Below are positions 37,786 through 52,050 of a stretch of 64,000 nucleotides of DNA, piece by piece. Position numbers and translations under genes: made by a program. Numbering within the stretch: the first letter of the stretch is position 1; every line of letters starts with the position of its first letter. A model generated the notes under the pieces. The model did not search any database. It was given only the letters and a program-made list of their open reading frames with translations, and had not been told where the DNA came from. This stretch comes from Eledone cirrhosa (Eukaryota), in the NCBI GenBank assembly GCA_964016885.1, contig OZ024743.1, positions 228,532,001 through 228,596,000 on the forward strand. Direction: 5' to 3'.

Positions 37786-38261
37786 TGCAGAGCACTAGAA
37801 GTTGATGGAAACCGCGGAGTGGGGAGACCCAAGATGACTTGGGATGAGGTGATAAAAGCCGACCTTACCCAACTACACCTCTCAAAGTCAATGACACACG
37901 ACCGTGACTTCTGGCGTCACGCAGTAATACAGGGTACCCGACCTCCCATGGGTACATGCTGAAGCATATAAACAATATGCCCCCCCCCCCCCCCCCACCG
38001 CAAGGTGGTCGTGGAGGTGCCACGGCAAAAAAGCACCCAGCCCACACTGTAAAGTGGACGTGTAGGCGCCACGAAAAAGCACCCAGCACTCACTGTAAAT
38101 GAGGTTGTTGTTAGGAAGGGCATCCAGCTGTAGAAATCAAGCCAGATCAGTTCCTGTATGAGCAAGGCATGGTCAGCCGACCAGACACTGCCCACAACAG
38201 GACAACCCGTCTAACCCATGCTAGCGTGGAAGAACGGACGTAAAACAGTGATGATGATGAT
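37786..38261 (+). mobile_element. RTE-C 3' fragment (coding end + poly-C + two pseudoknot modules + tail)
   Basis: CRALEVDGNRGVGRPKMTWDEVIKADLTQLHLSK...; the UTR module matches the SINE body at 8135-8320. Confidence 0.85.
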
Positions 38262-38269
38262 ACACATAA

Positions 38270-38415
38270 GTGCATTTTCCATCTCCCAAATTTCACAATG
38301 CATTTTTTAACTAAAGACTGTAAAAGAAGACACTGTGATGCCGTGCAGTAAGATTGATCCTACAACCATGTGATTACGAAATCAATTATTTAACCACATA
38401 GCCTAGCCTGCACCT
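38270..38415 (-). mobile_element. SINE family S3 (degraded); further copies at ~38936-39055, ~40315-40470 and 58830-59142
   Basis: Reverse complement of the ggcatagctgtgtggttaag... family at 63617. Confidence 0.6.
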
Positions 38416-39087
38416 ATAGTCAAGCACATCTATTTCTACACGTGAGTGTCATCATCATCCTCACTGTTTAACATCTATTTCCCATGTTTGCATAGGTTGG
38501 ATGGCTGCCACAAGCCGAGAGCTGACTGGTCAGGTGACTACTTCCTGCTCATACATTTTGTTTTAGATTAGTTTCTATAACTGGATGCCGTTCCTAACAC
38601 CAACCACTTTACAGTGTGTACTAAGATCATTTTATCATGACACCGGTACTACTAGTTTTACAGGATGGACTGGGGTACAGACATTGAATTGTTGGATGGT
38701 GTCTGACATTGTGAGATACCATGAATTATTCTGTTATTCTTTTAATGATTTCAGCCATTAAACTATGACCATGCTGGGGCACTACTTTTAAATAGATCAT
38801 AGTGATGCTAGTATCTAATTTTTTTTTAAATTCTGGCAACCATTTTATGGATTGCTTTTTTTTTAATCAAACCACAGGATATAAAACACAAAGGCATGTG
38901 TGTGTGAGAGAGGTTGGGGGGGGGGAGTGAGCGGGAGGTTTCTGCAGTGTCTCTCTACCAAATTTCATTCACAAGGGAATGGTCAACCCAAGTCTTATTG
39001 TGCATGTCATGATGTGGGGCTGAACCCTAAACCACACAGCGATGCCTGTGCCTACATACGCAAACAAAATAATAATAATAATAATAA

Positions 39088-39280
39088 TGATTTCTGATTT
39101 AGGCGCAAGGCCAACAATTTTTGGGGAGAAAGGAAAGTTAATTTCAACAACCCCAGAGTGATACTGGTACTTTATTCTATCGATCCTGTAAGGATGAAAG
39201 GCAAAGCTAACCTTGGCAGGATTTGAACTTAGGATGTAGAAGCCCGTAACTCTATGCCGATACTGCCAATCCACCACCCT
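39088..39280 (-). mobile_element. SINE family S2
   Basis: tttctgatttaggcgcaaggcc...aggatgaaaggcaaag...gccaatccacc. Confidence 0.8.
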
Positions 39281-41286
39281 AATAATAATATTAATAATAA
39301 TAAAAGAAAAATCTTAAAAATAAAAATACAATGAAATAGAGAGGACAGTCCACTTCCTCCATTCTCTCTCCTCAATTCAATATATTCCCATTATAGTTTG
39401 TGAGAAATTTTGTCACTAACATAAAAGTGTTATACAGTGAAGGAGGTTGTTTCTCCCTATTATTTCTGTGTCTAGTTTATTGTAGTATATATTTTTCTAT
39501 ACATTCTTTTGTACTCCATGAGTTCATCCAGTAGCCATAAATGAGAAGATTTAAAATTTATGTAGCTTTATGTGTGTGTGTGTTTTTGTGTATATTTATA
39601 GTTTTATATTTCTTCATTTATTCATCATCTTTTCAAACTAAACTGTAAAAGCATTTAAAACATTGTATCATTTTTTAAATTCAATTGGTTATTTGTTTTT
39701 GTTTTTTTGATAAGCTAGACAAACTAACACACTCCCAAAAGTTGTAGGTGAACAGAGAAAATGTTGTGAGTGTATGGGGGGGGGGGGGGGGGAAGGGAGA
39801 AAAAGATGAGAGAAACAAGGGAGAGAGATGAGAGAGGGAGAAACAAGAAAGAAAGATAGAGAGATAAGAGAGAGAAAAAGGAGAAAGAGGAGAGAGAGAG
39901 CAAGCTGAGTGACAAACTTTGTCTACATATTAAAAAATATAATTTTTATGGATTAGGGGTGGAGAATATCAGTGACCCCTGAAAAATTAATTTTAAAAAA
40001 TTTTAAATCATCAGGAGTATTTTCAATGAATGGATGTTAAGTTATGACATGAGGGAATGTCATAAATAAATTAAAATTAGAAGCCACTAACAAAATATGC
40101 AGGGACTATTGTAAAGTACGACCCCTCCGTCAGTCTTGATGATGAGTGTTTCAGTTGTTTGATCAATGGAGCATCCTGCTCATGAAATTAATATGTAAAT
40201 GACTGAGCATTCCACATATATGTGTATTCTTAACATTCTCAGAAAGATTCAGCATGACAGTGTGTGATAAATCTAGCACTTTGCACTCTATTTACAGTCC
40301 ATTAAACGGTATTCCAAATAGTTTCCATCTACCCTATTTTCCCCACAAAGTGGCTTGCGCTGACCTGAGATTTACAGTGAAAGACACTTACCCAAGATGC
40401 CATACAGAGGGTTTGAACCTAGAATATGATGATTGTAAAGTAAATGCCTTAACTATTCAGCCATACTACATACGGAGAAGTAAAGACAGTTGCTGGTGTG
40501 AAGTGGTTAGCATTAGGAAATGTACCTAGCTGTAGAAACCTTGTAAAAATATAGAACATATGAGCAAGATGTGGTTATCTAGCCATGTCACACTGGACCA
40601 TGACACACTGTCCAACCCATGCTAGCATTAAAATCTGTCCTATGTTGATGATTGTCATGATGGTTATGATGATGGTGGTGGTGATGATAATGATAGTGAT
40701 GATGATGATGATGATGATGATAGTGAAGTCACTTGTTTAATATTGCATGTACTATCTTCCCCCAACACCCACTATTTTGTCTTGCTGCTAATCTATCTGT
40801 CTGTCTGTGTCTGACTATGTGTGTGTGTGTGTGTTCTAACTGTCTGCCTCTCTACTGTCTGTATGTCTTGCCCAGTTCCTCAAGACCAATATTGCAAAGA
40901 TAGGTAGGAGGTGGAAACAATCATTACACCTGCCAGCTTAATAACTGTCTATCCCCCAATTTCTATAACTCCACCCCACTTCGCTTTCTCAAGTTCACTT
41001 TCTAACATCTCTTTCTTTTTCTTACCAGCTCCTTTCCCACACCTCACCTCAGTCAGCCTTTATTTTTTTCTGAAGGGGGCAACAAGACACAAATTCACAC
41101 AGACCACCACCATACCCCACCCCAGCCCCAACAGCAGCGCCACCACCAAAACAACAACAACAACAATAACAACCAATAACAAAGACAAACACAATCAGAT
41201 ATCACTGAATGGTTACTACATTTGTTTTAGTTCTGAGCTTGCTTCTTACAATCTCTTTCACACAGACTTTATATATATGTATACAT

Positions 41287-41348
<62 letters not shown>

Positions 41349-41858
41349 TAATGCATATGTGTGTGTGGAGAGAGAGAGGCAGAGTTGGAATATATCACAT
41401 ACATATTACATACATCTACATTCTTGACTTTTATTAATCTATTAATTTATCAGCTAACTGCATTGCTTCTATGTCAATAAAGGTATTTGTATGTCTGCCT
41501 GTGTGTGTGCATGTAAGTGGATGTATATATGAGCATGGTTGTGTGTGTGTTGATGTATGTATATGTTCATAGATGTGTGTGCTGATGTATGTATATTTCT
41601 ATAGATGAGTGTGTTGATGCGTGCATATGTGTATGGATGTGCATGGCAATGTGTGTGTCTGTGTATGTCGATGTGTGTATATGTGCATGGATGTGTACAT
41701 TCGTGTGTGCATGTGTTGTGGAATTGGTGAGAATATGTATGTGTGAATGAGTGTGCATTCATGAAAGTGTATGCAAAAATGTGTTTATTAGCATGCATGT
41801 GTGCATGTGCCTGCATGTGTGTATTTGTGCACATGACTTGGTAAGTGTGTGTGTGTAC

Positions 41859-41892
<34 letters not shown>

Positions 41893-42209
41893 TTGAATAA
41901 GTGTTGATACTTTTGAATTGCTGTTTTACTAAAACTATATACAAATGTTAAGAAATTGTCAAGTTACAAAATAAGATTGAGAATGATAAAAAAATTATGA
42001 CAACAAAAGCAACTACAACAACAAAACAATATAGAAACGGTAACAACAAAGATATTTCCTGCTTAAAAGACTGCAAATTTATAATGGAATGTCATAATTG
42101 AATTTTCACCCACAACATCATACCACTTAAAATAAGCATATACAGTTGAATAGCTCAATATCATATACACACTGGAGTTTGTATGTGTGTGTGTGTGTAT
42201 ATATATATA

Positions 42210-42240
<31 letters not shown>

Positions 42241-42244
42241 GTGC

Positions 42245-42276
<32 letters not shown>

Positions 42277-43623
42277 ATATATATATACACACACACACAC
42301 ACAATACATTGCATATAATTGAATAAACCAAAAAAGGAAAGAAAAAAGAATGAAACATGTACCAAGATTTTAACAAAGAGATTCATTTCATGCATTCTTT
42401 AAATATATATAGATGTGTGCATGTACTCAGAGTTGCACATTTGTCAATGCACACCGAGTTTAAGACAAAGAGATTCACATCATAACAACAATAACAACCA
42501 GAAAATTTTGGAAACCACATTCCATGATTTTTCAATGTTCATCAACTGAGTTGAAGATTCATTTCTAACATCCTGTAATGATTTTTGAAGAAAATATTTA
42601 AATTTTGTTTCTGTTAATTCAAATGTATATAGATTGTCATGGAACTGTGATATAATAGTGCAAAGACTTTAAATTTTAATGTGATACAATCATAGTGTTG
42701 TTTTATACTTTTCAAGAATGTTTTATTTCACTCATTATGCACCGTAATTATTTAACAGAAATTATGTAAGAACGGGTTTGTGAATTCAAATGTTTATATC
42801 GCCTTTACTACTGTTGTGAAAATTTACTATTGTTGTGAAAATTTGCAATACTAAGGTAAGAACTTCAATTTTCATGTGATGCAGTGATAGTGCTGTTTTG
42901 TCTTTCTAAGAAAGTTTTGTTTCCTTCCTAATAGTTTAGCAGAAAAAAAATCTGAAAGCTGTTTGTTGATTAAAATATTTATAGTGTCTTTATTAATGGA
43001 TAAATCTTTATGAAAGTCTGCAGTAAAGTAAAGACTTTAATTTTGAATGTGATGTAGTTCATTTTCTCGAAATATTACATATGCAAGAGTATTAGTTTGC
43101 TCTTAACATCCTCTAATGATTTAGCCAAAAATATCTAAAAATGGGTTTATTAATTCAAATGTTTATAATATATTTATTGCTAGACAGATTGTTGTGAACA
43201 TTTATAATATTAATGTTTCATGGAAAAGTGAACATAAAGTTGTGATGATGATGATTTTTTTTTTTTTTTTACAGATTTTCAATTAACTACTTGCAAATTA
43301 AACATTGTAATCATTTTGTATGTAATAATATCAATTTCCTCTCTCTTTTTCTCTCTCAACACTGCATTAGATTACTTTCACCCCATAATAAATTGTGAGA
43401 AATCAAAGCTATTTATTATACAATAAACCAAGTCTATTTTGCTCGTGATTGCTGCAATCATCACTGAAACTTGCAGATATATCAAAACAGGATGGAACAT
43501 GCACAGACTATCATACGGGTGTCAGTGGAAAAACTGTATTGTTTTCTGTTAATATTTATTGATCTTAGGAAGAACTATAATGTGTCAAGTCATTCAATAC
43601 CAAAACAACTACACATATAATGA

Positions 43624-43915
43624 GAAGGCACATGGCTTAAGTGTTCAGTATTTTGGCTCACAAGCATAAGATTGTGAGTTTGATTTCCAGTTGTCTCCTT
43701 AAGCAAGACACTTTATTTCACATTGTTCAAATTCACTCAGCCAGTGAAAATGAGTTGTTGTACCTATGATTTAAGGGTCCAGTGTTGTCACACACTCTCT
43801 CATACTGAATCTCCATGAAAGCTACATTAAAGAAACCTGTGTCTGTGGAATGCTCTGTCACTTGCACATTAATTCAATGAGCAAGTTGTTCCAAGATGGG
43901 TTAACAGGTAACACA
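43624..43915 (+). mobile_element. tRNA-headed SINE family S1
   Basis: Homologous to 19217-19535. Confidence 0.78.
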
Positions 43916-44103
43916 TTAAAGTACAGGTAGGGTATTAAGTTGTATAAAAAAATGGAACCAGATGTCATATTAGGATGTGAAAGGGATAAATTATTAAGGT
44001 GTGGGAAGGTTAACACACTATTATGTAAGAACAAAATACATAAAGTGTACAATACAGCGGTATGGAACAAACAAAATGTCAAACTATGAAAGTGGCAAAA
44101 GTG

Positions 44104-44161
<58 letters not shown>

Positions 44162-44256
44162 TTTTATGTAAAACCCCGCCATCACGTCTTGTAATGTCCC
44201 ATTTTTGTACGCCCCTGAGGCAAATAAAGAAAGATATATATACACACATACACATG

Positions 44257-45090
44257 TAAGGTGTGTCAGAAAAGAAACAGGACTGGGGTCACAAAAAATT
44301 ATTTCAAATAAAAATAATAAACTACAAGTTTCTCCTTCCAAATATTCCCACTCATATCTAACAAGCTTTCCCATCCTTCTCTTCCATGCTTCCATGAACT
44401 CCTGAAAGAATTCTCCCGGGATTTTCTGCAACTCCATCCTCACAGTCCTTTTGATGGCTTCCACATAAGGAAAATGGGTCCCCATGACTCATCACCAGTG
44501 ATGAATCTCCCCAGCAAGTGTGGTTCAGTTTCAAGAAGCTGAAGGACACCCTGACAGACCTGCATGCATGTTACTTTTGGTTATTATTTATCAGCTTTGA
44601 CACCATCTTTGCACAGCTCTTCCTCATGCCCAAATCCTCAGTGATAATCTTCCAAATGTTGTAGTTCATGCCCAGCTCACTTGCAATCAGTCAAGCTGTC
44701 AGCCAATGATTTCCATGCACCACCTGCCTTACATGCTCAACGTTGGCATTAGTCTTGCTCATTTTCCACATCCTCACGCTCCGCTTTTAACCTTTTGTGT
44801 CACCTGTGAGCACGACATCATCTTATCTCCATACACTTCTGATCGAGTTTTCCCCAGCTGGACAAGAAACTTCAGGTTGGTTCATTGCTCTGTACCCAAC
44901 GCTTGATGGCCTAAAATTGAGGAGCAGTTACCAAAAGCATGTGAAAAAACATACAATGATAGTAGAGAGCTGAAGTCACAGTTATATACACCCTGGATAT
45001 TACATCCCATAGTGACACAACCTGCTAATCACTACCCAATTCATCACTCACACAGCATACTAAGTCCTCTTACATTTCTGACACATCTTG
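44257..45090 (-). mobile_element. Internally deleted mariner element
   Basis: Imperfect TIRs taaggtgtgtcagaaaagaaacaggact / agtcctcttacatttctgacacatcttg. Minus-strand remnants KIITEDLGMRKSCAKMV (WVPHEL-region-like) and the C-terminus EAIKRTVRMELQKIPGEFFQEFMEAWKRRM...EYLEG. Confidence 0.82.
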
Positions 45091-45104
45091 TATATATATA
45101 TATA

Positions 45105-45179
45105 GAAGGTGTCCCCTCAAAATGTATACAAACTTCAAAAGCATTTTAATAGGTGTGTATACATTTTTGGGACACCCTG
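45105..45179. mobile_element. ~75-bp Tc1/mariner-type MITE
   Basis: TIRs gaaggtgtcccctcaaaatgtatac / gtatacatttttgggacaccctg, flanked by TA. Confidence 0.7.
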
Positions 45180-45184
45180 TATGA

Positions 45185-45234
<50 letters not shown>

Positions 45235-45915
45235 ATGTGTGTGTGTGACACCCTTTATATATGTGTGTGTATGTATGTGTAAGATATTCAACTATGAGGT
45301 CAACTGTTTAAAGATCAATATACTGCAAGTATTCTATTGTATATTTGCATATCCTGGTTCACCCACCTAGAGAAAAATAACAACTAATCAAATCATTGGG
45401 AAGGCTCTCAACAAGATCCACTGGTATCCTATACAGGGGAAGAATTATATCGCATCCACTTAAATGTAAGGGAGAAAAAGGAAGAAATATGGGTGGACAT
45501 AGAGGAAAAGAAAGGACAAGGGTATATCAGAGAGGGAAAAGTAAGATTATGAACAAGAGAAAGAGAGTGAACGAGACTAGAGAGAGGGTAGATAGAGTGT
45601 GTGACAGAAGGAAAAGGAGAGAAACAGACAGAGATTGTACATGAAAGGATGTGATAAAGTGAAGGAATTGGAAAGTCTGAAAAAGTAGAGAGAGAGAAAC
45701 AATAAAGAGAGTTAAGAGAGAGAGAATGAATACTAAGGGGTAGGAAATAAAAGTAGGAAAATAATGGGAGGGAGAGACAGGATAAGAGAGAAAGAAAGAG
45801 AATGGAAAAATAGGTGGGCAGATATGCATGAAATATGTACATAGTTTTATCAAAAGACTGAATGTGGGTGTGGAATAAACTAAATAGAGAGTGTATATAT
45901 ATATATGTGTGTGTG

Positions 45916-46050
<135 letters not shown>

Positions 46051-46619
46051 ATGTATATATATATATATATATGTGCGTGTGTATGTATATATATATATAT
46101 ATGTGTGTGTATATATATATGCACACACACACCCATATATATATATATATAGAGAGAGAGAGTGAGAGAGAGAATGTGTGTTTGTTTATTCGTGCATGTG
46201 TGCCTGTGTGCATGTCACTTTGTGTATGTGTGTGTGTGTGTGTGCATGCATGGAAAGAGTATGAATATATGAATAGAATGTCACAGAAACACATACAAAC
46301 AACAACAACAACAAGAACTACAAAAGAATCTTCCATTTCCCTGCCTTCATTTTTATGTTGCCAAATAAACAATTTAATAAGCTTTATTTTACATTTCTAT
46401 TTCTAGTTTTGTTTTCAAACTAAAAGGTCAACAAGCTAAATGCTTCATTTACGACTCCCACAAGAATATAAAAGCTATGGGCTGGCTCCCTCCCTTGTGA
46501 TGTCTAAAGTTATAAAAGGAGAATGTTAAAAGAAACATAAATAAAAAGACCACCACCACTAAAACAACAGAAACAACAAAAAACAATCAAAAGAAAATAA
46601 CACTTAATTTATTAAAAGT

Positions 46620-46676
46620 TCTTTGGCGCCACTTTCTAAAAGCCCCGCCCAGGCAAACAGACAACACCCGCCCCTA
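46620..46676. promoter_or_regulatory. Candidate cis-regulatory cluster (E2F-like site + two GC/KLF boxes)
   Basis: tttggcgc 46622-46629, gccccgccc 46642-46650 and cacccgcccc 46665-46674 in otherwise CpG-poor, non-repeat DNA. Confidence 0.3.
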
Positions 46677-46789
46677 AAAACAGTTCTATACAATATCATG
46701 TAATCTCTTTAGCTCTATCATAGATGCTTGCTAATTTAATTTATTCCATTTATCATTATCATCATTATTATTATCATTAAAATGGTTTG

Positions 46790-47140
46790 GCAGTGGATTG
46801 GCATAATTGTTAGAGTGTCAAACAAAATATGTTAGGATATTTATGTTCTGAGTTCAAATCCCAGTGAAGTCAACTTGCATTTCATCTGCCTAGAATCAAT
46901 AAAATAAAGTACCAATTAAGTTTTAAGGTTGACATAATCGACTTTCCCCCGCAGACAAATCACCTTATGGTATTTGTCACAGTTCTTTACATTCTGAGTT
47001 CAAGTCCCACTGAGATCAACCTTGTATTTTGCTTTTCTGGAGCCGGTAAAATAGACTACCAGTCAGGTACTAGGGTTGACATAAATCAGCTTTGCCCTCA
47101 CCACAAAATTGCTGGCTTTGTGCCTACATAAGAAGCCATT
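46790..47140 (+). mobile_element. SINE family S2 with an internal tandem duplication
   Basis: The block ttctgagttcaa..ccca.tga.gtcaac occurs twice (~46846 and ~46992). Confidence 0.72.
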
Positions 47141-49444
47141 GTAACCAGTGTGTCAGAGCAGGGTTTGCCTGATCAGTTTAAACTCTCATGGCATGGCCAT
47201 GCTGGAGCTATCAAAACTGGCATGTACTAATTCAGTGTCTGTACATTGCTGATTTAAGGGGGTTATGTTGAACAGCTGTTACCATGTGTGAGATAGATCC
47301 AATTATCAATTAAGTCTATAGTGAAGATCAAACCATAACAATGAAGAGTGTGTAATTATTTTATTTGGAAGAATCAGGCATATAACTAAGAGAAGACGGT
47401 GCACTGGCTCTGGGAACAGTTGAAATATTAAGGACATAGCTTTTCCTCTTAGGCTAAACCATCCTCACATTCCTCTTAAATTATCACTTGAAGAAGAATG
47501 TGAGGGTAGGGAAGAGATGTCTCTGAATTTTATGAACAATCAGGTGACGAAGGAGCAGAATTATTAGAGTGTTGGGTAAAATGCTTTGCACTGGCTCACT
47601 GCACATTGAGCTCAAATCCTGTCAAAGTCAACTTACCATGACATTTTTGTGAGGTTCAAAAATAAATACCAGTTTATTATTCAGTTTATTCTTCCTCCAT
47701 AGCTCTTTTTCACTTCTCCCTTGCTCTCTCCTTCTATATATTCTTCTGGAATCCCGGTTTAACATGCTTAAGGCACCCTGTATATCTTAATGGTGCCCAT
47801 ACAATTTCATCAGGAGTTCAAGGTTCATGGCACGACAAGTGATAGTGGTGAAATTGGCATGACTAAATAGAGCTCTACTAACATTGCAGGCAGGCATAGG
47901 TTGGCAGCAAGAACTGTGAGAATGTTTGTAGGAACCGCCCTGTGGTTTTGCCCCTACCCAACAATATTGGGGATTTGTTATGTTTTTGTATTGCTATATT
48001 GTTACTGCTATTTTTTAATTGCTTATTGCTTTCTGTCATTAGACTGTCACCATGCTGGGGCACCAACTTATTTTTTATTTATCAGTGTCTTTATTACTAT
48101 TATATATTTTGCACTTTTACAGAAATCTCCCACTGATTCCTGACTTATACTTTCTTTTGTATTTTATCTTTTTACTGTCCCTGATGTCTTGGACCCTTGA
48201 GGAAATTAAAACACATCATTGTCGTTAATATTATCGTTATTTATTTATTATTATTATCATCATCTTTTTAATTCATCATTATTATAATTGTCATATTTAT
48301 TTATTCATTATTGTTATTATAATACTCATCGTCATGATATTATTATTATGTCATATTTTATTAAACTTATCTGTCTATTGTATAATGTCCTTGCCCCATC
48401 TCTTGTTTTATATAATTTAGTCGGTCAAACCCTACATGTATTTTAGCTCCTATGTTTATAATGTTCCCACTATTCTATGTGCATGCCCTTGAGGCTAATA
48501 AAGATATTATCATTATTATTATTGTCATTATCATTATTATTACTATTATTAATCATTCTTGTTGTTATTTTTTTGTTTTTAACTTTGTTGATGTTGAAAA
48601 GGGCAGTGGATATGATGCAGACAGTCAGGAGCCAGCCAGCTACACCAACATACTTCATGGCTTCTGCCACTGTGTCTCATGTCTCTGAGTTCAAATCACA
48701 CTAGAGATTGTCTTATACTTTTCTGTGCCTCAAATTAAATGCTACTTTATATTAGCTATCAAATGAAGTGTGTGTAAGAGCAATTTCCATTAACTGAACA
48801 TCCTCCTTCTTATCAAAATACCATAATGCTTACTGGAAATCAAATCAACAACATTGATATAATTTTTTTATATTTTTTTTGTCTGTGATTGTTAGTCCTA
48901 CATAATGTAGTATTGGCATGGCTATTAAGGCAAACTAGACTGCCACCTAGGGTTCAGATCTCAGAGGTTAGCTTTGCAGGGCCCCATAACAAACTTATCT
49001 AAGCTTCTGGTGCTCATTTTCTCCTCCATCATCTTTAGACATGTCTATATAGGTCTTCCCCTTTCTCTACTTCTTTTCATATTCATTTCTACCACTCCTC
49101 CCTCACAATATCATTGTAACCCTTCTGAAATACATGACATAACCAGCACAGTATTTGAATATAACTAATTAATCTGGTCTAGAGTAATAACATAAATATT
49201 GATGTGATTTCTTACACAACACAAGGTAACAAATTTGTAAAGGCAGGCTGAGAGTTGATAAAATCAACACAGCTTATTACTGGGAGGGTGAGAGGTAGGT
49301 TAAGTTGACCCCAGCAGAATATGAACACTTTTTTGGACATAACTAAATATTATACATAATCTTATCTGGAATAATAACATAATAATGATGGGATTAATGT
49401 TGTTCCAGCCATGATCATCCTATCCTTTTATCAGGCATCGTACA

Positions 49445-49785
49445 TCCAATAGTAATAGCACACACAGAGTGGTACAACTGGCATTAATAACTAACACATA
49501 CAGCCATGAAACTAGTAGTAATAACACTTACAGTCACAGAATCAGTGGTAATAACTAACATACTCAACCATGGAGCCAGTGTAATAACTAACAAATACTG
49601 CCATGGAGTATGTGGTAATAGATAACACATACAACCATGCAGTCAGTGGTAATAAATGACACATACAGCCTTCGAGTAACTGGTAATAACTAACACATAC
49701 GGCAATGACATCAGTGGTAATAACTATCACATACAATCAGTTAAAGAAGTACAGGTATTAGTAATAACTAACACATACAGGTATT
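49445..49785. repeat. Degenerate minisatellite, ~34-bp unit (cagtggtaataactaacacatacagccatg)
   Basis: gtaata recurs at about 49518, 49548, 49581, 49615, 49648, 49683 and 49717. Confidence 0.85.
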
Positions 49786-50068
49786 TTTTCAGAATGATAA
49801 AAAGCTGAAGAAATGTTTGTAATTATCTTTAAAAAATAAATAAACAAATAAAACTAAAAATAGTTTTAAGTAAAAATGAAACAAGAATATTCCCTACACA
49901 TATTCTTATGTGCAAAATTAAAAAATAAAAAAAAAATTCAAAGCAAAACAAAAATCAAACAAAATATAAAAAAAAACACTGAAGATGATGAGGAAATTAT
50001 TACATATTACTACATCTCTAGCAGAACCTAAAGAAAAAAATATTCTTCTCCAAGAAACAAATCAGGAT

Positions 50069-50099
<31 letters not shown>

Positions 50100-50128
50100 A
50101 TACATATATATATACATGTGTATGTGTG

Positions 50129-50186
<58 letters not shown>

Positions 50187-50209
50187 CCCTTGCAAGCATG
50201 ATGATGATG

Positions 50210-50244
<35 letters not shown>

Positions 50245-50739
50245 TAAAGCCAAAACAAAAACAAAAAAAGATTGCAGCGATTCCAGCTGAACCAATTATT
50301 CTGTTCGTCATTGGTCGATATTTCCACTGTGAAGATACGATCACCGATCACTGTGAGAAAATAAATGAGCAAAGGGACTCCCCTGCACCTTCTGCTCCTC
50401 CTCTGCACCACCTTTTTTTCTTTCTCTCTTTATTCTTCTATTTGTTTATTCCCACTGCCTCTCTTTCTTCTATCTATCTGTCAACCATCATCTCTCTCCC
50501 ACTCTCTTTACCCTACTATCTACTTCTCTGCTCCCCCTCTCTATCCTTCTACCAATCTACCTCCCCCCTCTCTATATCCTTTTCTCTATCTATCCCCCTC
50601 TTTATCTTATCTATCTGCCCCTTTCTTCATTTTCTCTCTTTCTCTCAAACTGACAGTAATAGAACTGTTCTCACAGAATTAAATCCTACTTTTTCTTCTC
50701 TTCCCTTCAACAATTAGGAAGAAGAGAAGTAAACATTAA

Positions 50740-50794
<55 letters not shown>

Positions 50795-50863
50795 TAAACG
50801 AAGCTAGAAAGACATGAAAAAGAATAATAGTTAAAGAAAAGTATATATACATCTGTGTGTATC

Positions 50864-50910
<47 letters not shown>

Positions 50911-50921
50911 GTGTGTGTGCC

Positions 50922-51026
<105 letters not shown>

Positions 51027-51872
51027 ATATATATATATATATATATATACCTATCGTATGCAAAGATAAATAAGTAAATAATGAAAGAAGTGCAAATCTG
51101 TTGCTTCCAATTCTGACAGTTGAAGATTTGTTCTGCTCTTGCAGGAGAAGATGAACATATCTTCAGAGTTATTCCACTATAATCTGTAGAGTTCTATCAC
51201 ACACCATTCTCATTATTTAACACTTGTGTGTGGGGGAGTGTTTGTATGTCAATGGGTGTGTGTATATGTGTGTATAGGGTGTATGTATGGCTATATTTTC
51301 ATGCATATTTGTGGCTATATATTCGTGTGTATGTGTGACTATATGTGCATGTGAATGTGTGACAGCATACCGATGAGTGTTAATGTGAATATGTATTAGT
51401 ATGTTATAGTATGTGTGTAAATATATACCATGACCACCACCATTAAAGAACAAATAAGACACCTCCTCACCACTATCCCTACCCCCTGTTCCTTTTCTCT
51501 CCCCGCTCTCTTCAATGTATTCTCATCACACATCATTAATTAAGAATATAGATGGCAATACAATTCCTGACTAATTACTAACTTTTGTTTACTTGACCTC
51601 CACCTTGTCTTCCATAATCGCCTGTCAGTCAGTCAGTCTGTCTGTCTGCCACAGTGGATGTTGGTGGTGTTTGCAGTAGAGGTGAGCAGGAGAAAGAGGG
51701 GCTTGTTTGTTTGTTCCTCCTATGTGTGTTTCCACCCACAGTCCAACTTATATCAATTTATTTAACAAGAACAACAGGGAATAAGGAGAGAAGGGGCAGC
51801 TGATAATGATTCTATAATAAATCACAACAAACCATGAAGAACACTTATTTGTGTGTATATCTGTACATATGT

Positions 51873-52050
51873 GAAGGTGCAGAATTTAGTGGTTAGGGTG
51901 TTTATTTCATGATCGTAAGGTCATGAGTTCAATTCCCAGACCTGACACCGTATTGTGTCCTTGAGCAAGACACTTTATTTTATGTTGCTACAGCCCATTC
52001 AGCTGGGGAAAAAATTGAATTGTACCAGTAATTAAGAGAGCCAGCTTTGT
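51873..52050 (+). mobile_element. SINE family S1 head + CORE-like block
   Basis: ttagtggttagggtg...gagttcaattcc...gtgtccttgagcaagacacttt. Confidence 0.72.
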
